Assembly (NCBI GenBank): GCA_965603825.1
Contig: CBFDEM010000050.1
Location: 186,001 to 250,000, forward strand
Direction: 5' to 3'
From: Blepharisma stoltei ATCC 30299
Taxonomy: Eukaryota; Protista; Ciliophora
Length of the DNA: 64,000 nt
The translations under genes and the position numbers were made by a program. The notes under the pieces were generated by a model. That model was not told the DNA's origin, did no database searches, and saw only the letters and a list, made by a program, of their open reading frames with translations. Shown piece by piece: positions 1 to 11,820 of the stretch (the stretch's first letter is position 1; each line of letters starts with the position of its first letter).

Positions 1-567
1 ATTTTCTCTACAAAAATCGATTAATCCTCCGTTTTGGCAATAAGGGTGGTGCTCAATTTGATTTACATCAGGCTTTGTCTTAGCTCGTTCCAATAATTGT
101 TCTAAATGGTTTATCAAAAAATTGCTGACCCCAATACTTTTTACTTTCCCTTCTTCTTTCAAAACTTCTAATGCCTCCCAGCTATGCAACCTCATCTTAG
201 GCATTCTAGGGTCATCAGGCCTAAATCCATCAACTCCTGGCCAATGAAGAAGCACCATATCAAAATATTTGCAATGCATTGCTTCTAAAGACTTCAGAAC
301 TTTTATATAAGTAAATTGAAATCCTTTGCTGGAAGGGATAATTTTGGTAGAAATAAAAACATTTTCCCTCGGGACTCGATTTACAGCGAGTTTTAGGACA
401 TTTTCATTCTTATATGCAAGTGCTGTATCTATATGTCTGTATCCAAGTTTAAGTGCGCTTGAAACCGCACTTGTACAATCAGTGCCTCTCATGTCAAAAG
501 TTCCTATTCCTATCTGTGGGATCTGCACTCCTGAAGCAAGTTTGATTGCTTTATTAAGTATAGCCAT
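1..567 (-). CDS. Aldo-keto reductase (runs off the window start; 3' end missing)
   Basis: Not in the ORF track. Manual translation from ATG 567: MAILNKAIKLASGVQIPQIGIGTF...GYRHIDTALAYKNE...FISTKI...DMVLLHWP...GKVKSIGVSNF...NQIEHHPY. These are classic AKR motifs with catalytic D/Y/K/H. Confidence 0.93.
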   Translation of the reverse strand, partial: MAILNKAIKLASGVQIPQIGIGTFDMRGTDCTSAVSSALKLGYRHIDTALAYKNENVLKLAVNRVPRENVFISTKIIPSSKGFQFTYIKVLKSLEAMHCKYFDMVLLHWPGVDGFRPDDPRMPKMRLHSWEALEVLKEEGKVKSIGVSNFLINHLEQLLERAKTKPDVNQIEHHPYCQNGGLIDFCREN

Positions 568-580
568 ATTATTAAAAAAA

Positions 581-1588
581 TTACACAATAGATACTTGAA
601 ACAAGGTATGATTGGATTTAAACATCATCCCATTGGACAGCTCGTGGTTTTCATTCAAGTAAAGCCAGGTCCCATTTGTGCTTGTTCTGTCATTTTCTAG
701 GTCTCCGTCTACTAAAATCCATCCTTCTAAGGAATAATAAATAGTGCATTGCACCTTGGAAATCAAAGAATCTTCTATTTGAATTTCACATTTTGTGGTC
801 CTTCCTATCCTTATGACGCTTTCATTGTAATCTGAAGCGTTAAAATAAAAAACGTCCCCAGAGCATGGGGCGCCAAATAGTTTGAGCCTTAACCTTGGGG
901 AGTTATGATCAGGACTTGCCACAAGATTCACCAAAATGAAGTTATCTCCCATATGCAGCAAATAATTTTCCTTCAAAATAAGCTGAGATGCAAGCCTCAA
1001 GAACGTCCCAAACCCGACCCCTAAATCTTTTACATAATAAGCGTCCTTAATAAGATCATAATAAATCTGGAAATGCTGCCCTCTGTGTTTTTCTGCCAAA
1101 TATTTGTCTTGGGAAGGGATTACAAAATCATTGATAACTGGTCCTTTTCCTATCCCTTGAGACTTTGCTCTTTTTTTGCACCCAAAATAAGTAATCCCGT
1201 CCTTCACATCTCTTAACGAATTTTCATGTCCCAACGCATTGATAGAAATGACCAAATTCTTCGGAAGTGTCGCCGAGCTTAATACTTTTAATCTCAATAA
1301 TTTCGCATAATGCATAGCGCTTTCTAATTTCTGTATTCTTGACCTGTCAAAACTTGTGTCTCGGTATTGTGAGTCCAGCATAATAGACTCTCTAATAGCT
1401 GACATTTGTTCTTTTAAAGGCTCAGCTTCTTGAAGATCATTTTTGTTCCTTTTTGTTAACGCTGTTTCAGGATTTTGAGCAGGCAGGTTTTCACGATCTG
1501 ACACATAAATTTCGAACTGAGGCGCACACAAGCTGTTTCCGCAGCACGTCTATATAGAAAATACTCTCATTGCTGTATAGTTTCCCAT
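581..1588 (-). CDS. Tandem FHA-domain protein, 330 aa, probably N-acylated; one 15-nt intron (1550-1564)
   Basis: C-terminal FHA motifs (IGRTT, ISKVQC, STNGTW) plus a degenerate upstream FHA (HFQIYY..DLGVGFGTF). Splicing gives the N-terminus MGNYTAMRTCCGNSLCAPQ. Confidence 0.82.
1550..1564 (-). other. 15-nt spliceosomal intron GTATTTTCTATATAG
   Basis: GT..AG with A at -6; carries an in-frame TAG; removal links ATG 1588 to the FHA ORF. Confidence 0.8.
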
Positions 1589-1663
1589 ATTAAAATTTAC
1601 ATTTCAAAAAACATAGTATTGAGAGTTATTTTATCTGATTAAAATTAAAGCAAATTCATATAA

Positions 1664-3235
1664 ATGTCAGTTCAAGATTTTGAAATTTTGTCAAAGCTTG
1701 GAGAAGGAGCATTCTCAACTGTATATAAGGTCCGTCGAAAATCTGATGGCCAAGTATACGCGCTGAAAAAAGTCAAATTCTCATCACTTAATCAGAAAGA
1801 AAAAGAAAACGCTGTAAATGAAATCAGAATTATGGCTTCGTTTAGTCATCCTAATATTATCAGCTATAAAGAAGCTTTTATTGATGAAGAAACTAATACT
1901 TTATGCATTGTTATGGAACTAGCTGAGCACGGAGACTTGCTGAATAAAATAAAGGCTCATAAAGAAGAAGGGACGCATTTTCCAGAAACAGAAATTTGGG
2001 ATATTCTAATTCAAATCGCAAAAGGGCTTAGAGCTCTGCATGACTCAAAAATACTGCACAGGGACCTAAAAGTAACCGTTATTTAGTGTGCGAATATATT
2101 TTTAGCGAAAGACGGAGTTGTTAAGCTTGGAGATTTAAATGTTTCTAAGGTAAACAAATCTGGAATGGCCCACACACAAACAGGGACTCCATATTATGCT
2201 AGTCCTGAAGTATGGAAAAACCAGCCTTATACATATTCTTCAGATATATGGTCATTCGGCTGTGTATTATATGAAATGGCAGCTTTGCTGCCTCCATTTA
2301 CAGCAACTGATATGCAAGGGCTCTATAGGAAAATTATAAAAGGAATGTACCCTAATATCCCTCAGATTTATTCTTTGGATCTTGCAAATGTTATTAGGGT
2401 CACTCTGCAAGTAAGTCCAAGCTTAAGGCCATCATGTGACAAAATTTTGGAAATACCAGCAGTCGCTAAACATATGAATCAGAAAGAAATGAAAGAAACG
2501 GAAAGCGCAGGAGCTCTACTTGGAACGATAGCTCTTGCTGCGAACTATAAGAATTTGAAGCTGAATCTTCCAAAAGCAAAGTATGAGCCTAAAGAAAGAG
2601 GGCTAAGTGCTGATGCTCCGAGGCCTATTGAGTTTTCTCATAGAGATTTAGCAGATATTGAATGAAAACCAAGGGTGTTAGTCAGTGCGAGAAGACATGA
2701 TAGACCTAAGCTTGGAAAAAACATTGTAGAAGCCTTGAATTTGCAAAAATTACCTCCATTGAATGATAAAGACGCCCCTTTATCAAGCAGAAGGAATATG
2801 CTTCCAAAGCCATCCCCAAGAGGTATAGCCATTCCTACTGCAGAATTATTAGAACAAAATAACATCCCACTATACAGAGCTGCATCTAAGCCAGAAATGC
2901 CTTCAAATTGCCAGCACAAAATCAATGTTGAAGAAGCGCCTCTCCCAATGCATGATCGGAAATTAAGTCCTATTGAGCAAAATCCTATGAATTTATTGGT
3001 GTCTCCGCCAAAAATTGTATTACCAAGCCCAGCAAGTCTTCATAAGAATATGAATAGGGTTGCTTCCTTAATTTTAGGGACACCAAAAGAAAATCACCCT
3101 AAGCCTGAGCCGCCTCCTTTTCCAAACCCAAGTGAAGTCAATAAGCTTGTAAATGGGCAAAACCCAATATTCCATCCACATCCTGTGATTCATCATCGAG
3201 CAGGCAGGCCTGGCAGAGTAGTATGGTGGAACTAG
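1664..3235 (+). CDS. NIMA-related (NEK) Ser/Thr kinase, 518 aa; intron 2072-2086; TGA(Trp) 2663-2665
   Basis: LGEGAFSTV, YALKKV, HRDLK|CANIF restored by splicing, KLGDLNVSK, QTGTPYYASPE. Three track ORFs join into one frame. Confidence 0.93.
2072..2086 (+). other. 15-nt intron GTAACCGTTATTTAG
   Basis: Removal restores the kinase catalytic loop HRDLKCANIF exactly. Confidence 0.95.
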
Positions 3236-3505
3236 TGTATAAAGTTTTACATTAACGAATAATATACTTTAAAGCATCAGCAGTATTGAAATGATAAACT
3301 AAAAGTTATATATGACTTCTTTATTTATAATATTAATTAAACTGAGTGCTTTTGCAATCATTTAAATAAGAAACTCATAGAATGTATATAATAAGCTCGT
3401 TTTTGTCCAATTTGAATTGTTTATGTTTTACTATTTTTTAGTAAAGAAAGTCTATTGCTGAATATCACATATAGCTAATCAACTTTATGATATAAATAGG
3501 AATAA

Positions 3506-4616
3506 ATGGTTTTAGAGCCCAACACTGTCAATATTTTCAATAGTCCAGTCCTTTCACTACACATCCTCGGGAAGCTCGGAGGCAGGCTGCTGCTCAAATG
3601 CCTCAACTACTTTTTTAAGAACTCAATTCTAATCATGAGCTGCACAAGCTTTCTTTTTTCCATTTACTTCATCCCTGGTCTACACCAACCGGTAATTTTC
3701 TATTCAGTACGTTGCTCATGTGCAAGAAGTGTTTATTTTTATATTATGATGAATAGGACTTGGAGTTTTGTCATCAATAGGGTTAGGCACAGGATTACAC
3801 ACTTTTATATTGTACTTAGGACCTCACATTGCTAAAGTTACGCTGGTAGCATATCAATGTAATTATATCCCTGCCATGATTCCCAGCCGATGAAATTATC
3901 AGTCCTTTGAAGATTGTCCTAATCCGAAATCGGAAGAAATTTCATTCTGGGCAATTCTCCTTTCAGTTCAGCTAGAAAGCTTTTTGTGAGGATTTGGGAC
4001 TGCGCTAGGAGAGCTACCTCCTTATTTTTTGGCTAAAGCTGCGAGGGCAGCAAATGTAAAATCAGAAGAAATAGAAGAGCTGGAGCATTTGAATAAAAAG
4101 AGCTTTATGGATAGAGCTAAGGAATTTATGGCGAGATCATTAAAAAGACATGGGTTTATTACGATTTTGATATGCGCTTCCATCCCAAACCCTTTGTTTG
4201 ACTTAGCAGGAATTTTATGCGGCCATTTTGGAGTATCTTTGTTGGTGTTTTTAGGAGCAACGATTATAGGGAAGGCTTTTATAAAAGTCCATATACAGCT
4301 TATTTTTACGATTTTTCTATTCAGTAAAAATCATATCAAGTCAGTACTAGCATTTATTGAGTCTGCAATTCCTGCGCTAAAAGGAAACTTAAGTAACTGG
4401 CTAGAAGCTCAACAAAAAGTATTAAGAGATCCAACGTCGCAAAATCACTCCAGGCCGCTGATAAATATGATTTGGGAAATTATCATTATTTTGATGTTTG
4501 CATTTTTTTTAGTTTCGATTTTGAATTCTCTGATTCGGTCAGAGATTTCATCAAATAACCAGAAAAGAGAAATTAAAAGGAGCCAGATAAAAATTAGTCT
4601 AAAGCACATAAGTTAG
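3506..4616 (+). CDS. VMP1: Vacuole membrane protein 1 (DedA-family scramblase), 364 aa; intron 3692-3707; TGA(Trp) at 3747, 3750, 3891, 3987
   Basis: After splicing: [48 protein letters not shown] and [18 protein letters not shown], all VMP1 signatures. Confidence 0.95.
3692..3707 (+). other. 16-nt intron GTAATTTTCTATTCAG
   Basis: Removal corrects the frameshift between the ATG frame and the conserved VMP1 frame. Confidence 0.92.
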
Positions 4617-4775
4617 ATTTATTGCTGATTATAATTATTATAATCATATTTTAAATTATATGAGATTCTGGATTTTAAATATAAAATAGTAAATCAATTT
4701 CAATCGTTTATTGCAAATTAAAAGGAATATTTTTCATCCCTATTTATTAATTAATACACAAATTTTCTTTAGACA

Positions 4776-6086
4776 ATGACTCAAAAAGAAGAAGGAAGAA
4801 ATTTTTCATACAACTATGAATTTATTGGGCAGCGATTTATTGCAAACCTTGACTTTTCCCAGCAATACCTACAAATTTATCATGCTCGACTAAATGGGCT
4901 TCGTTCAAGGACATTAGAAAATGCCGCCCATGAAAACAAAATTAAACCTCTAGAAAATCTAATGGATCTAAAACAACACAAAAAGGCAGTAATATATGGA
5001 ACTATTGCAAGATACCACAAAGCCAAGCCTTCAACCATTCAAAAATATCTTTCTGTAGTTGGTTCTATTGAATCCCGTCCTAGCGATTTTGGGAATTATT
5101 GATCAGAAAATGACGAGCTATGGCTTGAAGACATGAGTGGCAGACTTTTGCTTAATTTTACTAACTGCCAAGATGATTGACTAAACTTAGTTACAGGCGT
5201 TCAAATTGGATTATTTGGAATTATCGAGCATACAGGAACATTTTCCGTAGAAAAGCTTTATTTTCCTCAAATTGAAAAGCCTATTCAATTAAAAGGTAGG
5301 GGTGAAGAGTATATTTGCTTTGTGTCAGGCTTAGAAATGGGGAGTCTTGGATATGATCATATTTTATTGAATTTATTTTCACAATACATTATGGGGAACT
5401 TAGGACAAGAGTCGTTGGAGGATTCTCGAAAAATCATAAGACTCGTCATATTAGGAGATTCAATTTATAAGCATGATGAAGCTAGAATGATTGACAGAAA
5501 AGCAATTGGTGATGCAAGTTTAAGAGGAGCAGCTGAGTTGGCTAATTCCATTAGGTTTTTAGATACATTTTTGTCAGAGCTTGCAGGAGTTGTTCCTGTT
5601 GATTTAATCCCTGGAGATATGGACCCTTCAAATTCATCTCTACCTCAGCAGCCTATTAACCCGCACTTACTGCCTTCTTCATCTCGATATTCAGCTCTTC
5701 ATTCTTATCCAAATCCTTATGAATTCATGATAGATAATTGTCGAGTTTTATGCACATCTGGCCAAAATATAAGTGTTTTGTCTCAGTTTACTAATCCCAA
5801 CCTATCTTTCACAGATTTAATGGCACTGACATTAAAATTTCGACATTTAGCCCCGATTGCTCCAGATGCATTAGCATGTATTCCTATGCAAGACTACGAT
5901 CCTTTTATTATTGATAGTTTTCCCCATTTATATGTTGTTGGGAACCTGGGGAGCTATAGAACATCAACATATGAAGGAGTCAAAATTATTTCAATTCCAA
6001 GATTTTCCGCGCCTAGCCATAATATTGTCTTGGTAAACCGATTCAACTTGGAGTCTAAAATTGTGTCGTTCGACTCAATGATTTAA
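4776..6086 (+). CDS. POLD2: DNA polymerase delta subunit 2, 436 aa; TGA(Trp) at 5100 and 5178
   Basis: QQYLQIYHARL, LEDMSGR, VDLIPGDMDPSNSSLPQQP, SGQNI, RHLAPIAPD, DPFIIDSFPHLYVVGN, in one continuous frame. Confidence 0.93.
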
Positions 6087-6098
6087 TATAAAATAATT

Positions 6099-7193
6099 AT
6101 GTCTAACTACTATAAGCAAATAAATGAAATAGAGCTTAGAGATTTCATCAATGATAAAGGTGGAAACAATATTGCAGCAAAGCCACTACTAAGCAAAGAA
6201 ACTAAAAGATATGAATCCTTGAATTCCCTGACCTATTTTTCTATGATAGTATTCTCTATCGGAATCAAATGCTGGCAACCTTTAGCAATTACAGCTTCTC
6301 AACAGCCTGACGGAACTTATGCTTACAATAAAACGATGATGGTGCTGTTAGGAGAAATTTTCAAATTCACCATAAACACCTTTGTCTTCCTCTTAATTTT
6401 TTCCACAGCTGATTTATCCAAAAGAGCATCGCTTACGAATATTAGCCTGAAGCAAAGTGTCCACTTATTAATCCCAGCAATTTTTTATGCAGCATCAAAT
6501 ACCCTTGTATATTATGGATTAAGCTACATCAATCCTGGTGTTTTCCATGTTCTGGGGAACGTAAGGATAATAATTGCAGGAATTTTGTATCGGGTTATTA
6601 TGAAAGTAAAACTGGCTGATATTCAATGGCTTTCTTTATGTTTACTAACTAGTGGAGCAGTCCTTTCGACTCCTCCTTCTAATGGTGAAAACGACAGCTC
6701 TAAGTGAAGTGACTCTTTATTAGGCTCAGTCTTTATAACACTTATGGTTTCAATGAGCACATTTGCAAGCGTTTATACTGAAATGTATTATAAGAGAACG
6801 AAAGATGTCAGTATATGATACCAAAATGTTATTTTATCCATTTATGGGATTATAGTTAATGCTATTTATTTGGGATTCACAGAGCTGATTGGCAGTGGAG
6901 AGCCAGGAATTTTTGAAGGGTGAGATTTTTATGCGTTTCAAGCAGTCTTTGTGCAAGCAATAATGGGGATGAGCCTTTCATTTTTGTTCAAATATTTAGA
7001 TAACATCGTTTATGTGATTTCTTTGACAGTTTCGATGCTTCTGACTGCATTTATTAGTATGTTTTATTTTGAGTTTAAAATCACTCCACCGTTTGTATGC
7101 GCATTAGTTGTGATTATTGCCTCTATTTACCTTTATAATCGACCAAAAATTATCCAAAACTACCAGATCGATGAGAAAGCATTTAACTTTTAG
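6099..7193 (+). CDS. Nucleotide-sugar transporter (SLC35A-like), 364 aa; TGA(Trp) at 6705, 6816, 6921
   Basis: Multi-pass hydrophobic protein with GEIFKF, IPAIFYAASNTL, QWLSLCLL, FASVYTE, KYLDNIV. Confidence 0.88.
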
Positions 7194-7734
7194 TGGTTCT
7201 CATAGACTAGAATTTGTTTAATGTATTAAATTAATTCAGAACTTAAAAATGGCCGTGTGATTTAAGTTTAATTTTTATTTTACTTAATATACAGGAGCAG
7301 AGCAGCTTTAGAAGAAGATTTTACTATTCTTTTTAGATTTTTCTGAAATAAGAGCCAATATTGACCTAAAAACTCATGCAAAATTGCAAATTAATATTTT
7401 ACCTAAATAAAAAGTATTCTGACCAGAACATTCCCGATCTATTTATACTAAAGGATATTCAATAAATATCGGTTTAAAATTTGCTTAATCATATAAAAAT
7501 GATGCTTTTAATATATAAAATAAATAGTAAAAATCAAAAACTGTAAATAATAGTGTTATTGCTGATATCAAATAAATATATATGCTAATCAAATCAATGC
7601 TTATGCAAATATTAAATCAGTGTCTTATTTTAACTCAAATTCTTGGTTAGTTTACATTTTTATAGAGCAGCTTAAATTAGATTTTTAGCTCTAAACAGAT
7701 GCATTTTCTATTTTGTGATGCATAAAATTGAATA

Positions 7735-7849
7735 AGAACTCATTTTTCATTGATTTTAATTTTTATATTCACATTAGGGGTTGTCTTCATTTTACTCATA
7801 TTTTCCGCCATTAAATCCTTAAGTTTGGGTAATAATTTCCCATTTATAA
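7735..7849 (+). promoter_or_regulatory. Upstream region conserved between the two INO1 paralogs (copy A)
   Basis: Blocks GAACTCATTTTTCATTGATTTTAATTTTTATAT and TATTTTCCGCCATTAAATCCTTAA align with 10087-10172 at similar distance from the ATG. Confidence 0.55.
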
Positions 7850-9397
7850 ATGTCTGAAACAGGATTTGTAGGAGAGCCTATTGTAGTGGCTAGCCCTAAC
7901 GTCGAGTATAGCAAGAATGAGATCATTTCTCGCTACGAGTATCGTGAATCAAGGGTAAATGGGAACATTGTAACACCTTTGAATGAGAATCTGACTTTCA
8001 AAACTCAAAGAAAAATACCCAAGACTGGCGTTCTTCTAGTCGGATGGGGAGGAAACAACGGGACGACACTGACTGCTGGCATATTAGCTAACAAGCTGAA
8101 GACCACCTGGATGACAAAAGAAGGGGAGCAACATGCGAACTTCTTGGGAAGCATTTGCCGTTCAGTTACTATGAGGATAGGGATTGACAATAACCTTCAG
8201 CCTGTATATGCACCATTATTTGGTGTAATTCCTATGCTTAATCCTACCGATTTAGATATCTGGGGTTGGGATATATCAAACATGAGCATTGCTAATGCGA
8301 TGGTTAGAGCTAGAGTTTTCGATTATGACCTTCAAAGGAAGCTTTACCCTGAGCTTAAAGATATGATTCCATGGCCGTCTGTCTATTCAGAGGATTTCAT
8401 TGCTGCAAACCAAAGCGAGAGAGCTAACAATATTATTCATGGTACTAAGCAAGAGCAGCTTCAAACTCTGAGGCAAAATATTAGAGACTTCAAGCAATCA
8501 AGAGGTATTGAAAATGTTATTGTTCTCTGGACTGCCAACACTGAAAGATATGCAGAACTTCGTGAAGGTCTTAATGATACTGCTGATAATCTCTTAAGAT
8601 CAATAGAGGCTGATGCATCAGAAATTGCTCCCTCAACACTTTTTGCAGTAGCAAGTATATTGGAAGGTTGCACATATATTAATGGATCCCCTCAAAATAC
8701 ATTCATCCCTGGCGTTATTGAACTCTCAGAAAGACATCAAGTCCTTATTGCTGGAGATGACTTCAAAACTGGCCAAACAAAGATAAAGACTGTGCTTTGT
8801 GATTTTTTAATCAACTCTGGACTAAAACTAGCTTCAGTTGTCAGTTATAACCATTTGGGTAACAATGATGGGAAAAATCTCAGCGCCCCGAAGACCTTCA
8901 GATCAAAAGAAATTTCAAAAAGTGGAGTCATTGACGATGTTATTAGAGCCAACAGGCTCATTTATGGAGAAAATGAGCATCCAGATCATTGCGTAGTTAT
9001 CAAATACGTCCCATATGTAGGTGACAGCAAGAGAGCTATGGATGAGTATACAAGTGAAATTTTTATGGGTGGCAGAAACACTATTGTATTACATAATACT
9101 TGTGAGGATTCACTATTAGCTGCTCCAATTATTTTAGATCTTATTCTTTTAGCGGAACTTTGCACTCGAGTGCAAATTAAAAGAACGCAAGACGAAGAAT
9201 TTTCAAGAATGCACCCAGTTTTGAGCATTTTAAGTTTCCTATTGAAGTCACCACAAGTTCCTTCTGGATCCCCTATAGTTCATTCTTTATTCAATCAAAG
9301 GTACTCAATTACCAACTTTATTCGAGCTCTTGTAGGTCTTCCACCTGAAACTTTTATGCTTTTGGAGCACAAGATTCCCTGCTTTCAAAAATCATAA
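7850..9397 (+). CDS. INO1: myo-inositol-1-phosphate synthase, copy A
   Basis: GWGGNNG, VLWTANTERY, NGSPQNTF, SYNHLGNNDG, HNTCEDSLLA. Confidence 0.98.
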   Translation: MSETGFVGEPIVVASPNVEYSKNEIISRYEYRESRVNGNIVTPLNENLTFKTQRKIPKTGVLLVGWGGNNGTTLTAGILANKLKTTWMTKEGEQHANFLGSICRSVTMRIGIDNNLQPVYAPLFGVIPMLNPTDLDIWGWDISNMSIANAMVRARVFDYDLQRKLYPELKDMIPWPSVYSEDFIAANQSERANNIIHGTKQEQLQTLRQNIRDFKQSRGIENVIVLWTANTERYAELREGLNDTADNLLRSIEADASEIAPSTLFAVASILEGCTYINGSPQNTFIPGVIELSERHQVLIAGDDFKTGQTKIKTVLCDFLINSGLKLASVVSYNHLGNNDGKNLSAPKTFRSKEISKSGVIDDVIRANRLIYGENEHPDHCVVIKYVPYVGDSKRAMDEYTSEIFMGGRNTIVLHNTCEDSLLAAPIILDLILLAELCTRVQIKRTQDEEFSRMHPVLSILSFLLKSPQVPSGSPIVHSLFNQRYSITNFIRALVGLPPETFMLLEHKIPCFQKS

Positions 9398-10086
9398 CTA
9401 AAAAGATTAGGTCTTTCTTTTAATTTGTGTTATTTAATTATCTAAAATCTCATATTAAATAATAATATTTTATATTTTCAGTAATTGGAAACTTTTGGTG
9501 TTTTAAACACAAGGCTGTGACCGAAAAAATTTTAAAATGCATCAAAGGAAAAATTTGTCTCATAGAAATTGAAATATTAATTAAAAATAGAGGTATAATA
9601 AAATTATTCAAAAACTCTGCCAATTTTTAAAGGTATATTTTTTACTCAATCCTTTAACTACTTTTTCTTATTACTCAATAGATATAAAAATAAATCAAAT
9701 AATAATTCAGTAATAAATTCAACTTGTAAATGTCTATGTCTGGCTAAAATCGAAAGCTATATTACATTTCTAAATTAAATATGCCGTATTGTATTCGGCT
9801 TAAAATCAATAAAAAATAGATGTTGAAGCCTTTCTATGCCTAAAAACCTTACTAACAAAATTATCGCAATTCCTTAAGGCAACATCGATAAATATTCTAA
9901 CCTTTCGCTTAATTTTGTCCAGTAAAAACTAAACAATAATATACATATTAGACATAATTTTAGACATAAAATTATTAGTGTTTTACATTGAGGTTTTGTT
10001 TAAGTATCAACTTACCACTAAAACCTTTACTCAAGCTAAGACCTAAAATGAACCTGAACTCTATTTTTAAAAGTTGTCATATAATG

Positions 10087-10198
10087 GAACCACATTTTTC
10101 TTAGATTATAATTTTTATATCATCCTAAGCCTTTCTATTTCTTCACCTATTTTCTGCCATTGAATCCGTAAATTTAAGAATAAACGCCCTACTTACAA
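10087..10198 (+). promoter_or_regulatory. Upstream region conserved between the two INO1 paralogs (copy B)
   Basis: GAACCACATTTTTCTTAGATTATAATTTTTATAT and TATTTTCTGCCATTGAATCCGTAA match the copy A upstream blocks. Confidence 0.55.
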
Positions 10199-11752
10199 AT
10201 GTCTGGAATAGGATTCGTAGGAGAACCTATTGTCGTAGAAAGCCCAAACGTCGAATATAGTAAGAATGAGATCATTTCTCGCTATGAGTATCGTGAATCA
10301 AGAGTGGTGGGCAATCGTGTGACTCCGTTAAACGAAAATCTCATTTTCAAAACTCAAAGACAAGTACCTAAGACAGGTGTCCTTTTGGTTGGATGGGGTG
10401 GCAACAATGGTACCACGCTCACAGCTGGTATCTTGGCCAACAAATTGAAAACCACCTGGATGACTAAGGAAGGCGAGCATCATGCCAATTTCTTGGGAAG
10501 CATCTGTCGTTCAGTTACCATGAGGATTGGAATTGATGATAATCTCCAGCCAGTCCACGCTCCTCTCTACGACGTCGTACCAATGCTAAATCCTGTCGAC
10601 TTAGAAATCTGGGGATGGGATATTTCAAGCATGAATATCGCAGATGCCATGGTAAGGGCCAGAGTTTTGGATTATGACCTCCAAAGAAAACTTTACCCTG
10701 AGCTTAAAGACATGGTCCCATGGCCTTCAGTTTATTCAGAAGATTTCATCGCTGCCAACCAAAATGATAGAGCAGATAATGTCATTCAAGGGACAAAACA
10801 AGAGCAGCTCCAAGCATTGAGACAAAATATTAGAGAATTCAAACAGTCAAAAGGAATCGAAAATGTTATTGTTCTCTGGACTGCTAACACTGAAAGATAT
10901 GCAGAAGTCCGTGAAGGCGTGAATGACACAGCTGATAACCTCTTAAGAGCAATAGAGGCCAATGAATCAGAAATTGCTCCATCAACAATCTTTGCAGTGG
11001 CGAGTATATTAGAAGGATGTACTTACATTAATGGATCCCCTCAAAATACATTCATACCTGGCGTGATTGAACTCTCAGAAAGACATCAAGTCCTTATTGC
11101 TGGTGATGACTTCAAAACCGGCCAAACAAAGATTAAGACTGTGCTTTCTGACTTTTTAATCAACTCTGGTCTTAAGCTGGCTTCGGTAGTCAGCTATAAC
11201 CATTTGGGTAACAATGATGGGAAAAACCTCAGTGCCCCGAAGACCTTCAGATCAAAAGAAATTTCAAAAAGTGGAGTCATTGACGATGTTATTAGAGCCA
11301 ACAGGCTCATTTATGGAGAAAATGAGCATCCAGATCATTGCGTAGTTATCAAATACGTCCCATACGTCGGAGACAGTAAGAGAGCTATGGATGAGTATAC
11401 AAGTGAAATTTTTATGGGTGGCAGAAACACTATTGTATTACATAACACCTGTGAGGACTCATTGCTAGCTGCACCTATTATAATGGATCTCATTCTTTTA
11501 GCAGAACTTTGCACCAGAGTAGAAATTAAAAGAGCTCAAGACGAAGAATACACCAGAATGCACCCAGTTTTGAGCATTTTAAGCTTCTTATTGAAATCAC
11601 CTCAAGTCCCTTCTGGATCGCCTGTTGTTCACTCTTTATTCAACCAAAGGTACTCGATTACTAATTTCCTCAGAGCTCTTGTTGGACTTCCTCCAGAAAC
11701 ATTTATGCTCCTTGAGCACAAGATTCCTTCATTACAAAATCGTAAATCATAA
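10199..11752 (+). CDS. INO1: myo-inositol-1-phosphate synthase, copy B (tandem paralog)
   Basis: Same motifs as copy A, collinear with it. Confidence 0.98.
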   Translation: MSGIGFVGEPIVVESPNVEYSKNEIISRYEYRESRVVGNRVTPLNENLIFKTQRQVPKTGVLLVGWGGNNGTTLTAGILANKLKTTWMTKEGEHHANFLGSICRSVTMRIGIDDNLQPVHAPLYDVVPMLNPVDLEIWGWDISSMNIADAMVRARVLDYDLQRKLYPELKDMVPWPSVYSEDFIAANQNDRADNVIQGTKQEQLQALRQNIREFKQSKGIENVIVLWTANTERYAEVREGVNDTADNLLRAIEANESEIAPSTIFAVASILEGCTYINGSPQNTFIPGVIELSERHQVLIAGDDFKTGQTKIKTVLSDFLINSGLKLASVVSYNHLGNNDGKNLSAPKTFRSKEISKSGVIDDVIRANRLIYGENEHPDHCVVIKYVPYVGDSKRAMDEYTSEIFMGGRNTIVLHNTCEDSLLAAPIIMDLILLAELCTRVEIKRAQDEEYTRMHPVLSILSFLLKSPQVPSGSPVVHSLFNQRYSITNFLRALVGLPPETFMLLEHKIPSLQNRKS

Positions 11753-11820
11753 GACTAAGTCAATTCTATTTTATTGGTGCAATAATACATATTTATATTG
11801 TGATTTAGAGTTATTATTAT

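Noticed and set aside
326-700. 124-aa plus-strand ORF from the track
   Set aside because: Antisense shadow of the aldo-keto reductase and FHA genes.
9948-9969. TTAGACATAA direct repeat between the INO1 copies
   Set aside because: Two short copies only; consistent with local slippage.
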